Positions 1 through 12,619 of a stretch of 64,000 bases of DNA are shown one piece after another; the stretch's first letter is position 1, and the number at the start of each line of letters is the position of its first letter. The position numbers and the translations under genes are program-made. The stretch spans positions 341,558,001 through 341,622,000 of the forward strand of contig OZ024743.1 in NCBI GenBank assembly GCA_964016885.1. Direction: 5' to 3'. Below the pieces are notes generated by a model. It did not search any database, was not told the DNA's origin, and saw nothing but the letters and a program-made list of their open reading frames with translations. Source of the DNA: Eledone cirrhosa (Eukaryota).

Positions 1-519
1 TTACCAACTGAGCATTTCTCAGATACATGTACACTTCATATAATTCTGAGGTAGATTCAACATGAATCTTGCGTGACAAAGCTTTTCCATTGTATTACAT
101 ATACATTCCACACGACGGACATCTAAACAGATTCCGCCTACTGAAATTTACTCACAAGGCCTGCGTCGACTTTTGCGGAAGATGCAACGCAGTGGCATAG
201 AAGCTGGAATGTAAGGATCGTGAAGCAAACACTCAGCAATACTACAACCACAATCTTAACTACAAGACAATAGAATGCGTAACATAAGCTATAGGTAAGA
301 ACGCATGAAAATCTATTATTGGTTTAAGAAGACAAGCAGTTAATATACCAGAATGTATACTGATATGCAGCGTTGTGTCATTTTCAAAATAACGTGTACA
401 TCAGTGTCGAACTTAAACAGCGAATGGTAAAACCATGATTACATTAATAGTTGGTCATGTTATTTTGCGGAGACGTTTAGGCAGGCATAATGAGTACAGG
501 TGAAGAGACACACGTACAA

Positions 520-803
<284 letters not shown>

Positions 804-951
804 GAGGTTATATTTAATTTGTTGGGATACAACAAGCAAGATATATTTATAACTGATATAAAACACTCAACAAATTACTGGAGATTCCAACCAGAATGGT
901 TGCATTTTTTCAGGGTATGTTATTATTTATTTATAAAACTAACCTATATTA

Positions 952-1017
952 TATTTTATCTGATGAAAGCGCACCATAGTTTGCCTTGGTGGCCCTTGAA
1001 ATATGTATAATGAAATA
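952..1017 (+). ncRNA. Type I hammerhead ribozyme motif (PLE pLTR remnant, stem II partly decayed)
   Basis: tattttat-CTGATGA-aagcgcacca..tggtggccctt-GAAA-t-atgt-a-TA-atgaaata. Stem I is 8 bp with one G.U. The 3' core matches the motifs at 32286 and 33778. Confidence 0.65.
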
Positions 1018-1076
1018 AATAAGGTTTTATAAATATAGTTTCCGTTTGTTAATATATTGTATATATATATATATAT

Positions 1077-1314
1077 ATAAAATATTAAACAAATAATGAA
1101 TAAAACAATGAAACAGTTCCTTATATTAAACAAAAAAAGTTCATTATTTAACGATCGTTTCTAGGATATATATGTGTTAGAATTGGCATGCATGAATATG
1201 CATGCCAATTCTAACACATATATATCCTAGAAACGATCGTTAAATAATGAACTTTTTTTGTTTAATATAAGGAACTGTTTCATTGTTTTATTCATTATTT
1301 GTTTAATATTTTAT
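1077..1314. repeat. Perfect palindrome with 117-bp arms and a 4-nt spacer, within a (TA)n-flanked insert
   Basis: 1077-1193 is the reverse complement of 1198-1314, with spacer gaat. The insert continues to ~1447 and then (TA)n resumes. Confidence 0.92.
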
Positions 1315-1445
1315 CTTGACTCTGTATTCCGTTTATCTTTCACCGAAAGTGATTTTTCATTACATCTCTTCTTTCCATGATATCCGGAATACATTGAGTT
1401 CTTCATACGGATTGGACACTACCGTAAACTCTTGGTAGATTTATC

Positions 1446-1477
<32 letters not shown>

Positions 1478-1483
<6 letters not shown>

Positions 1484-1830
1484 TGAGCATATCTGTCTCT
1501 GTGTATGTGTGAGTTTGAATCCCTAAAACTAGAGAACCACCCAACCGACTGTTTTCAAACTTTACATATGTAATACGTATTGTTCAGGGAGTGTTCTGAG
1601 CAAAGAGATTTCAAATTTTCAATACCTTAGGGACCGCATTAGGCGATTTAGGGATCTCTCTCTGTAATTATTAGTCTTTCTCTTTTTAGATAGATACATA
1701 GATATAACGTCGCGCCTTTATCATATCTGTCTGTATGTCTGGCTGTCTGCATTACGTCACTTCCTACAATTCGCTCTGCGTCCAGGACGCGCCCTTATAA
1801 TATCTGTCTGTATGTCTGGCTGTCTGCTGC
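1478..1830 (+). mobile_element. Non-autonomous Helitron-like repeat fragment
   Basis: Starts after (TA)n. 1680-1755 is the reverse complement of 28070-28170, which lies in the Helitron-like element at 27073-28395. Confidence 0.4.
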
Positions 1831-2146
1831 CTCCGGTTATTCTGCCAGCCTTGCTCAAGACAAATCTTGGGCGAAATTCTTTCCTTGCTCACATTTCAAC
1901 CAGGTTTGATGGTCTTTTGTCTCTTGTTCACGATTTCATAGAGTTTATATTCATAGAGATCTGGGACTTGTCTATTTCTACTCACTTTCCGTTGCTTAAA
2001 CTTTTTTGTTGTTACTCTAGCGTCCCCTTTGTTTACGTGTCCCAACGACTTTTTTTAGCCGTTGTTCGCACCAACCTGAGGCATATGGCCCTTAAAGCGA
2101 TGAAATGCCGAGGACGGTTGGAGGGTCACTGATGAAGGACTCACTT

Positions 2147-2197
<51 letters not shown>

Positions 2198-2534
2198 GAC
2201 ACGCTGGGCTCTGTAAGCCACGTGTTTTATTCTAAATGCGCATTTCATTTAGTCTTCTAAGAAACCAATGAAGAGCAGAAGAATTGTAAATTCCCTTCCC
2301 TTCACGTGAAAAGGTTTACCAAATACTGTCTGGATGTTCGATAGTTATCACAATCTGTTTGTTTTTTTCTTAATTTCTGGCTTCCGTTTTGTCTGGCTTC
2401 CGTTTTGTTTATAGCTAGTATACCGTTCAACCTAGCAAATCTGGTCCGTTATAATCTGAATACAGATGTGGATATATCTGTATTTATCTCTCTTTAATTA
2501 TATTGGAATTATATTATATTATATTATATTATAT

Positions 2535-2669
<135 letters not shown>

Positions 2670-2863
2670 ATATATATATGTATATATATATATGTGTATA
2701 TATTATATATTTATATATAAATGTATGTTTATATATATATATATATATATATAAAGGGAATAGAATAAAACGAAATTTCATTTCTCACTCTTAGTACGGC
2801 ACGTACTTAAATGTAAGTATGTATGTATACGTACATACATATATGTATACAGACGTACAGTAG

Positions 2864-2966
<103 letters not shown>

Positions 2967-3249
2967 GTATCGGTTTCCCGAACATTTATTATAATGCTCG
3001 GTTTGTTATTATTAATATTCGAAAAACTCAGATTACATTTATTATATATATATATATATATATATTGTTATACTTGGGGAGGGTAATATTTGTGTAATAA
3101 TATTTCCAGAATTAATAACAGAACACACTGTATATATATATATATATATATTCCTATGTATATTTATACAGAACACATTCAATATATATATTTATATATT
3201 TATATATTTATATATTTATATATTTATTTATATATTCATATATATATAT

Positions 3250-3304
<55 letters not shown>

Positions 3305-3658
3305 TATGCAATTATATGAATGTGGACATGCATAAGTTTAATCGGAATATTTATGCACGCTCATTGCTCCGAAACTAAGCAGTAATACAGAAACGAGTTA
3401 TGGCGATGTCCAATGTATGTGTGGAATGTATATACAGAAATAAGAACATTTCTATACGCCCAGTTAAATTAAATACATGTATATATATATATATATAACA
3501 TCCCATTTGGACATTTGTTTTATGTTGATATTTTTGAGCTTAATATACATATATATGCATACATAGTAATGCACACACACACACACGCACACACACACAT
3601 GCAGACACACATACACGTATGCATATATATATGCGCATATATATATATATATATACTG

Positions 3659-3717
<59 letters not shown>

Positions 3718-3756
3718 GGGTGGAGAGAGAGAGATATAGATATATAGATAGATATG

Positions 3757-6249
3757 TTTCTTTATTAGCCACAGGGGCACAAAAGAAGGGGACAAATACA
3801 AAGGGGGAAGTTTACATACAATAAAAACGTAAAATATTATCACAAATGCAATTTCAAAAATTAGTCGATTTTCCCCAATAGGGGGAGACAGTTCATATGG
3901 GTAACACATACCCCCGAAAAAATGTGCAACCCTCATCTCCGGGAGTACGAAGAGATTGTACACCTTTCCCCTCTTCCTTTTTTTTCTTCAACATACAGGC
4001 TGATATAGAGAGAAAGCCCATTCACTCGGGCCATTCTCGCCACTTTCACCCACCATTCATAAAACTTGCTGGAGTACAGCACCTCTCTCTCCATCCTGAT
4101 TCTTCTTCCAAAATGGTATTTGAAAAAAAGAATCAGTTGTTGGCCGGAGAGAAAGGTGTCTGACCTCAGCCCTTTCAACCTTGTCTGGGTGGGTGGTGGT
4201 TTCCGGCGGGGTGGGGATGGAGATGTTTTGTGGGGTGTGGTCTGGTGGGATGGGGTGTCTGTGGTGGGGAGATATTTGAGACGGACGCGGTTAAGTGGTT
4301 TCACGCAGGAATTCCCCACATCCTTTTAAATGTTTCTTTTAGGGACCTATAAGTTTGTATAGAGACTTTAATCAGTATTAGGTTCAGTTTTTTGTTATTT
4401 TTAATAGAGTGGGTGAAAGTTTTCCCTTCGTTTTCACCGAAGGGTTGTTCGTGATGGTCTCCATTAGTGTTTTGTTTTCAGTGTTTATGTAAGTGTAAGT
4501 AATTTTCTTGTGTTGTGTTTGTTTTTGTCTGTAGTTCTTGTGTGTGCTTTCGTTTTCAGGAGGTGGGAGTTTTGTTTGTGATGTTTTTGTTGTTTGTGTT
4601 GGTGGTTGAATGTTTGTTGTAGTGTTTGCTAGTTTTTTGCTTTTGCGATGTCTTTTCTTTCTTTTCGGGCGATGGGGTTCTCCCTCGTCTTCACTGGGTG
4701 ATGGCGAGATAGCCTCATCTGTTGTATCGTCTGTGTGATGGGGGAGGGGTTTGTCTTGGGGAGCTGTTTTGTCTGTATGTGATTTTTCAGTGGTTTTAAT
4801 TGGAGTGTGGTTGGGTGGGACTGTGTTTGTTGTGGTTATTTTTGTGTGTTGTTGTTGTTGTTGTGGTGGTGGTGTTGGTCGTTGTGTTGTTTTGATGGGT
4901 GTCGGCAGAAGAGTCTTTTTTTTACTCATTAATTTAGGACAGGAAGCCCTCAGGTGTCCCCTGCTAAAGCAGAGGTAACATGAAGACCGCCTACCCTCAA
5001 CCAAAAAGTTTATGTAGGTGAGTCCGTCCAGGAGTACACGTTGTGGGATCAGAGCTATTCGCTCTGGGCTCATTTGCACCAGAACTTCAATGCTAGTCCC
5101 ATTGAATACATCTCTGGGGGACTTTCCTATTGACAGTATTTTGTCTTCATCAAAATTGATGAAGCCGCACAGTATCCACCATATGTTCACCTTTGGTGTG
5201 ACACTCGTGATTTTAATCGTTTGTGTCCTTTTTCCCATGTATGTAGGGAAAAAGGTATACAGGTTGGATACAATTGGCGACACAGAGTAATTTTCGGCCG
5301 TCAATTGATCCTTCATGAGTACCGAAATACTCCCAAAGAGTTTGCTTCTTTGAATGAATGAAATATCATTAATTGATTTTTGAAAACCAGTTCAATTTGT
5401 TTCTGTGACAACTGGACTGGTTTTCGGGTAGAATTGGAAACTGTGCTAAAAACTATCGTTTTGAGAGCAGTTTGCGAATTTCTACCGGAGAATTGATGCT
5501 GAAAGCACCATTCTTTTCGAAAGTGACATATCTCCTAGCGTCCTTTAAAAGTTCTTCGGCATTTGTTATGTCAAGATATGTCGATTCCTCCTTTTTCTGA
5601 ACTGTCTGTGCAAAGGATATTTTGGTTTCTTTGTGGAATTATCCGTGTTGCTGGTGTTGTCATTATTGTTGTTATTGTTGTTGTTATTCTTGTTGTCACT
5701 GATGTTGATATTATTCGTATTTTCCTTTGTGTTTGTGTTGGTGTTGTTGTTGTCTTTGATGCTGGTATTATTGGTGTTGTCTTTATTTTTTCTTTGTTGT
5801 TGTTGTCATTGTTGTTTTTATCATCATTATTGGTGTTGTTATTTTTGTTGTCATTGAACTGTTTGGTGTCATTTGTGTTGTTTGGATATGAATTTGTTTT
5901 TACAATTTCATTTCGTCTTTCCATCTCCATAGTATCTAGGGAAGAAGACGATGTTGACTGCGAGCTATGTAGTCTTACCGACTCTCCACCACCATTATCG
6001 TCGAACGCAGCGTTCATAACGTAATCAAACTTCTTACGATATTTTTCCAAAAATTCGATGGAGAAAAAATTTTTCAAACGAATATTTCGCCCCTGTAGGA
6101 GCAAAAATGAGTTGACCCACCACCTGAAGGTCCAGAAGGGGGGGGGGGGGGGGGGTCAAGTTACACAATAATATAAAATTTAACTGAAAACTCAGATTTT
6201 TTTCTCACATAAAATAACGGAAAATTCTCCGCGAAGTTACACATGTCTG
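3757..6249 (-). mobile_element. Tx1/L1-like non-LTR element, internally deleted (ORF1 fused to the extreme 3' end of ORF2)
   Basis: Contains an ORF1 with a CCHC knuckle. 3757-4185 is homologous to the 3' end of the element at 6291-6710 (YHFGRRIRMEREVL...MARVNG). It ends AATAAAGAAA and has GATA-type repeats on both sides. Confidence 0.7.
4384..5316 (-). CDS. ORF1 / gag-like protein with zinc knuckle
   Basis: 310-aa ORF with CYLCFSRGHLRASC (CX2CX4HX4C) followed by a low-complexity basic, Thr-rich tail. The N-terminal part (5571-6104) is disrupted. Confidence 0.65.
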   Translation of the reverse strand: MKDQLTAENYSVSPIVSNLYTFFPTYMGKRTQTIKITSVTPKVNIWWILCGFINFDEDKILSIGKSPRDVFNGTSIEVLVQMSPERIALIPQRVLLDGLTYINFLVEGRRSSCYLCFSRGHLRASCPKLMSKKKTLLPTPIKTTQRPTPPPQQQQQHTKITTTNTVPPNHTPIKTTEKSHTDKTAPQDKPLPHHTDDTTDEAISPSPSEDEGEPHRPKRKKRHRKSKKLANTTTNIQPPTQTTKTSQTKLPPPENESTHKNYRQKQTQHKKITYTYINTENKTLMETITNNPSVKTKGKLSPTLLKITKN

Positions 6250-6290
6250 ATAGAGAGATAGATAGATATATAGATAGATAGATAGATAGA

Positions 6291-7378
6291 TTTCTTTATT
6301 TAACCATAAAGGCATAAAAAGAAGGGACAAATACAAAGGGGGAGTTTACATACAATCGAGTAAAAAGGGTGTAACATGAAAATAATCGAAAATAACATCA
6401 AAAGGGAGGGGACGTGATGGGGGTTGCACACACCCCCGAAAAAGTGTGCAATCCTTTGCCCGGGGAGCACATGGAGAACGTGCTCCCCTCTCCTTTACTT
6501 CTTTACCTACAGGATGGTATACAGAGAAGGCCCATTTACACGAGCCATTCTCGCCACTATCACCCACCTTTCATAAAACTGCGCGTGGCCAAGCACCTCT
6601 CTCTCCATTCTTATCCTTCTTCCGAAGTGATATCGGAAGAAGTAGACCAGACTATGGCCAGAGAGGAAGTTGCCTCCTGACCTCAGACCTTTCAATCGTG
6701 TCCACCAAACAACCTCTTTCAACATGGCTATTACGCACAGAAAAACCACCTTTGTGAAGAGGGGAGGCGGTTTGATTGTCATCACGGACTCGGCGGTCAA
6801 TTGAATCGGCGCCACCCGCGACAGCAGTCGTTCGGCGTAGCCCCACAGATCAGCCACGCTCGGACATTGCACCAATGCGTGCGCAACGGTTTCTTCGTGA
6901 CGCACGCATCTAGGGCAAATCTTTTTTGAGGGATCCCTGCCCGGGCGCCCGTGTCTGTAGAGCCTCTCTCGAAAGGGTAGAGCCCCCCGGTAGCACTGCC
7001 AGGCCAGTGACTTCTGGAAGTTGTCCATTGGTCCTGGGCCAAAAGTCCTACCGAATAGGCTGGCCAATTCGTCCTCTTCCATGTCCAGCGACTCTCCAAG
7101 GGTGTCATCGCCCCTGCTAGCCACCAGCCCTCTATAGAATGATGAGGTGGATTCTCCACCGATGGCCTGGCCCGCTTGCCAGAGAGCCCTGAGCGCCTGA
7201 GCACACTCAGTGTGCCAGTCTCCCAGTTTTCCGGATCTTTGCTTGACCCAGGACTGTAGCTCGGTGAGCGAGACAAGTCTCGGAAAGGCTCGTTTCACGA
7301 ACGGAGCCCACACCGGTTGACCAGTGAGGAATACCTGTAGGTGCCGTAGCCTTAATGCAGGCTACGCATCATCAACCA
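6291..7378 (-). mobile_element. 5'-truncated Tx1/L1-like ORF2 C-terminus (zf-RVT-type domain) plus 3' UTR
   Basis: ORF 6507-7313 has LAWQCYRGALP and CPRCVRHEETVAHALVQC. The 3' end is AATAAAGAAA followed directly by (TATC)n. Confidence 0.8.
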
Positions 7379-7474
7379 CGCTTTGTTCGTTTGTAAACAA
7401 ACTGAACAGCCTGAATTTATGCCGCACGGTGTTAAGGCAACCACGTCACCTTTTTGTTCAACACTGACACAGGA

Positions 7475-7517
7475 ACGATGTACTAGTTTCAAGCTTGTTA
7501 GCTATCATCAGCACCGT
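7475..7517 (-). ncRNA. Minimal type I hammerhead ribozyme
   Basis: acggtg-CTGATGA-t agct aaca agct t-GAAA-CTAG-TA-catcgt. Stem I is 6 bp and loop III is the palindrome CTAG. Confidence 0.8.
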
Positions 7518-7756
7518 ATACCCATCTGCCAGATAGTTGAACGTTCGAAAGTATATACTTTCCTTATGAAAATTAACGGCTGAGCAGCCTAATTTGCATA
7601 TCGAGTGAGTTAAATCCGTCAAGCGCACCGAAAACGATGATTTGTATTAAAATGAAAACGAAATTTCATTTCTCACTCTTAGTACGGCACTTACTTAAAT
7701 GTAAGTATGTATGTATACGTACATACATATATGTATACAGACGTACAGTAGCATGC

Positions 7757-7837
<81 letters not shown>

Positions 7838-7988
7838 CAGGTACACATACATATATGTACGCATCAGTTTAGCGGACGCTTATTATAGCGCCCGCTTTGT
7901 TCGTTTGTAAACAAACTGAACAGCCTGAATTTATGCCGCACGGTTTTAAGGCAACCACGTCACCTTTTTGTTCAACACTGACACAGGA

Positions 7989-8031
7989 ACGATGTACTAG
8001 TTTCAAGCTTGTTAGCTATCATCAGCACCGT
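7989..8031 (-). ncRNA. Minimal type I hammerhead ribozyme (second tandem copy)
   Basis: Identical to 7475-7517 and offset by 514 nt. Confidence 0.8.
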
Positions 8032-8135
8032 ATACCCATCTGCCAGATAGTTGAACGTTCGAAAGTATATACTTAGTTAATTTTCATGAGGAAAGTATAT
8101 ACTTTCGAACGTTCAACTATCTGGCAGATGGGTAT

Positions 8136-8178
8136 ACGGTGCTGATGATAGCTAACAAGCTTGAAACTAATACATCGT
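8136..8178 (+). ncRNA. Hammerhead, inverted copy (loop III CTAG changed to CTAA)
   Basis: acggtg CTGATGA tagctaacaagctt GAAA ctaa TA catcgt. Confidence 0.6.
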
Positions 8179-8587
8179 TCCTGTGTCAGTGTTGAACAAA
8201 AAGGTGACGTGGTTGCCTTAACAACGTGCGGCATAAATTCAGGCTGTTCAGTTTGTCTACAAACGAACAAAGCGGGCGCTATAATAAGCGTCCGCTAAAC
8301 TGATACGTACATATATGTATGTGTACCTGTATGTATATATATATATAAGCATGCTACTGTACGTCTGTATACATATATGTATGTACGTATACATACATAC
8401 TTACATTTAAGTAAGTGCCGTACTAACAGTGAGAAATGAAATTTCGTTTTCATTTTATTACAACTCATCGTTTTTGGTGCGCCTGACCGATTTAACTCAC
8501 TCGATATGCAAATTAGGCTGCTCAGCCGTTAATTTTCATAAGGAAAGTATATACTTTCGAACGTTCAACTATCTGGCAGATGGGTAT

Positions 8588-8630
8588 ACGGTGCTGATGA
8601 TAGCTAACAAGCTTGAACCTAATACATCGT
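8588..8630 (+). ncRNA. Hammerhead, inverted copy with damaged core (GAAA changed to GAAC)
   Basis: acggtg CTGATGA tagctaacaagctt GAAC ctaa TA catcgt. Probably inactive. Confidence 0.5.
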
Positions 8631-8923
8631 TCCTGTGTCAGTGTTGAACAAAAAGGTGACGTCGTTGCCTTAACACCGTGCGGCATAAATTCAGGCTGTT
8701 CAGTTTGTTTACAAACGAACAAAGCGGGCGCTATAATAAGCGTCCGTTAAACTGATACGTACATATACGTATGTGTACCTGTATGTATATATATATATAT
8801 ATATGCATGCTACTGTACGTCTGTATACATATATGTATGTACGTATACAAACATACTTACATTTAAGTAAGTGCCGTACTAAGAGTGAGAAATGAAATTT
8901 AGTTTTCATTTTATTACAACTTA

Positions 8924-9006
<83 letters not shown>

Positions 9007-10031
9007 ATCTGTGTGTGTGTGTGTGTGTGTGTGACCATTCTGAAATGTGTGCGAGCCTCATTTGTTTGTATATACATATATATTGTTAATAGATACATAA
9101 TTATTGTTTTGGCTAACAACCTACGAAGCACTGTAGAATATTATAACAATATACTCTAAACTGTAGCAAATAATATGTTCTACTTAACACACATTTGCAC
9201 AAAAGCAAGCTCGTAAAATATAACTGCTTTAGGCTGTTTCATAAATTTCTTCAATTTATCGTTAATTTCAGTTATAACAATAATAATTTACTTGTAAACT
9301 TGCCTCAGGCAAGTCGCTGGCTAAGAAATATTTACAATAGATTAAATCCATATAAATTATCACTGAAATAAGAATACACTGACAGGCGATGTGTATAGGC
9401 TAGCGATGTACATTTTAATTGAAACAACGTTAATAAAGTACAATAGTTTAGTTTTATTGATTATTCGGTATTCTTAATATAAAATGCTGAATACATATAT
9501 ATATAAATATACGACTACGACTTTACTAATTCATGCGTAATACACCTCAACAAGCAAATACTTATATCCTCCATAACTTTGTGTCTAAGACCTCCCCAAT
9601 TTAGATATTCATAAACAGAAAACAAAAAATTGAATAATTATACGCGATCTTTCATATATATAATATGAAACATGTTAAATATTCTGTTACATTATGAATT
9701 TAAATCTCCATTCTGTGCGTCGCCATAACCTGGTAATAAAGCAGATTATTTGCAACCAGGTCGTTCCGCATTCAATTCTATCATATTTAAGGAATGGTTT
9801 CTTATCATCTTACAATAACGTTCGTTCTACGAAAGCTTTATCAACAAAAGTGTATGATTGATAGCGTTGAAAACTGAGCTTGTAGAGTGTAACCGAGGAA
9901 GAGAATTAAAACCTAAGTTAAAGGAAAGAAAGAGCTATACTGGGTGGAGTTTCTGGAAAGAAGTGGGAGTGAGAGAAATGTATTAGTCGGGCATAAATGA
10001 AAACCGACCCACATTAACACACACACACATA

Positions 10032-10118
<87 letters not shown>

Positions 10119-11004
10119 AATACATACACACACATACACTCACACACACAAATTGACAAATAATAGTCACCTCGTGAGTCAAATATAAGTAGAACTGCAC
10201 ACCTTCATGAATTGCCATATTCAGAACATATATATTGCATTTCTATTAGTTATCTACAGTTTTATCGATCATATAAAATTAAGATTGAGATTATGTTTTC
10301 CATTAATGGTGATGCATAGGTATTAATGAATATGCATAACTGTATTGCTACAAATAAATAAATGACTTCACTGCGACTCTATTTTGCTAAAACGGTCCAT
10401 CGTGTTATTTGTGCTCCAACATTACACATGTTGCATTAAAGACAGGGGTTTTGGAAAAGCAGGAAAAAGTTGAGAAAAGGAATATTCATTTTCAAATAAT
10501 TATATTCTATTCATGAAAAATAATGAAGAAAATAGATTTGTACACATGGCTGTCACAGATTTTTGGTTTTACTTGTGGATATATGTATTTGTGTATGTAG
10601 GTGAGGGGCGGCGCATACAGTAAATCATTCTTGGCCTCTCCGAATTTCTCACACTGTGCCAGCCAGTCTATTCAGTATGTATACTCCTCTTTCAACCCTT
10701 AAGTAAATTCGCTCTACATTTTTTTCTTTACTCACTTTCCACTTTCTATAGGTTATCGCATATGACATCTGTCACTGGGCTAATAAATTAACACATCGGA
10801 TGATATATATCAGAGATTTCCTTTTTTGTATTTGCTTTGCAAATTGCTTAATCTGAGATCATCTTTTGAAAAAGATATTGTACTTTTTAAAGGCCATGCT
10901 GCCAATTATAATACGCACTTTAGTTCAGTTACACTTAATCTTTTATTATTAATTGCTGGCCTTGTGCCTAAAGTAGAAACAATTATTAATTAGTTAAATA
11001 GGAC

Positions 11005-11220
11005 AGTGGATTGGCAGCATCGGTAGAGCGTCGGACAACATGTTTTTTGCCATAGAGTTAAGTCATTTTACGTTGAGTTAAAATCCTGCTGAGGTTGGCT
11101 TTGACTTTCATCCTTACGCGGTGGCTAAACTGAAGTACCAGTGGCGAATTGTGGTCGGTTTAATCGACTTTCTCCTCCCTTAAAATTGTTGGTATTGTGC
11201 CTAAATCTAAAACCATTATT
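11005..11220 (+). mobile_element. tRNA-derived SINE, diverged copy
   Basis: ggattggcagcatcggtagagcg...gagttaaaatcctgctgagg...ctttcatcctt...aagtaccagt. Same family as 38946. Confidence 0.7.
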
Positions 11221-11439
11221 AATTTAGTAAATAATCCATCCATAGGTTTTTAAATCAACCAATTGACTAATTATTTAAGTGTAACATTATTTTCCTCTCA
11301 CAGTTCATTACGTCTGTGTTTCACTTACAGCTTGACGTCAATGTATTCAACTTTGTCTTTCTCTTTCTGTCCGCAATTAGTGGTTCAGTATGCATATAAC
11401 ACTGGTATTTAATATGAATACCTGGATTGCTAGTGAGAA

Positions 11440-12535
11440 ACACTAGCTATCCCTGTTAAATTTCTAATCAATAAGACATATCTTTTAGCAAAACTCTCAT
11501 GTACTAAAGGATAATTTGTAATATAAGCTTGCGTGTAAATTTTAAAACGGGAAATGTAATATACAATAAAAGATAGACAGAACAAAATTGAAGGGACAAC
11601 AACGACAGAGTCATCCCATACCTTGAGGCGAAGAACCTTCACGAATGCAACATCTTCAAAGTAAGCGCAAATGTGATGAAAAAATTACTTTGTATAAAAA
11701 CAAGATGAAACAACAAACAAGAAGCCTTGGTTGAAGAGGCGACTTAAAGATGAAATCAAGGAAATGACAAAAGACAGTGGAAAGCTTGAGTCTTTACTAT
11801 ACGGGACATTACAAAACATGGACACTAAAGATAGATTAAAAATAAAATACAAGACTAAGGAAAACGAGATAAATGTTATCATAGAGTAACTTAAGCAATA
11901 CATTTTAACAAAAAGCCCAAAGAGTAAACAACATGAGAACAGAGTTAGTCAGTATAGACAGAACCGCATCTTTGACAATGACCAGAAGATATTATTTGAA
12001 CAGCTTGAAGGGAAAGAAAGAGGTAATGTCGTGATCCCTGAAGCTGAACGGACTAATGCATTTAGACAGGAATATGGGAGCAGGATGTTGAACATAATAG
12101 ACAAGCAGTGTGGATTGAGACAGTTGAAAAGGAGATTAGTGAACAAGCACACCAACAACCTGATTTGAGTATCACGGTTGAAACTCTTAAAAAGCATGTC
12201 AATAAAATAACCAACTGGAAATCACCAGGCCCAGATGGTGTGCAATGATATTGGACAAAAAATATAACATCTCTCCACCCAAAACTGACAGCCATGTTCA
12301 ATGATTGTTTAGTGCCGGGTGAAGAACCAGAGTGGTTGATAAAAGTTGCCACAGTTCTAGTAATGAAAGACCGAATCAAGCGTAATGAGGTTACCAACTA
12401 TAGGCCTATCACATATCTGTCCGTAATGTGGAACCTGCTAACAAGCATTGTGTCTGAAGAAATCTACTATCACTTCCATATAAACAACTTATTGCCGGAC
12501 GAAGGCAAAGGATGCCGAAAAATTCAAAAGTGTTG
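11440..12535 (+). pseudogene. R4/Dong-type (RLE-clade) non-LTR retrotransposon fragment, N-terminal RT region
   Basis: QYRQNRIFDNDQK, NWKSPGPDGVQ, NYRPITYLSVMWNLLT and LLPDEGKGCRK, with several stops. Confidence 0.75.
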
Positions 12536-12619
12536 AAGGTCTGTTCATCGTTCTTTTTGGGAGGAAGACTGGGTCTAAAAGAACCATAAGTAGTAGTAGT
12601 AGTAGTAGTAGTAGGTGTT

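Larger units (their letters stand above)
7379..8922. mobile_element. ORF-less tandem plus fold-back element carrying four hammerhead motifs (PLE-derived or retrozyme-like)
   Basis: Units of ~450-515 bp with an internal (TA)n. Two direct copies are followed by an inversion at ~8075 and two inverted copies. Related fragments are at ~2766-3005 and ~26440-26615. Confidence 0.8.

Noticed and set aside
2129-2290. CTGATGA at 2129 and a minus-strand GAAATGCGCATT near 2235-2246
   Set aside because: Only half-motifs. The first is truncated by (TA)n and the second lacks a CTGANGA, so neither was counted.
7383-8722. Repeated 65-66-aa [15 protein letters not shown]...
   Set aside because: It starts at a non-ATG codon, has no recognisable motif, is antisense to the hammerhead, and recurs only because the DNA is repeated.
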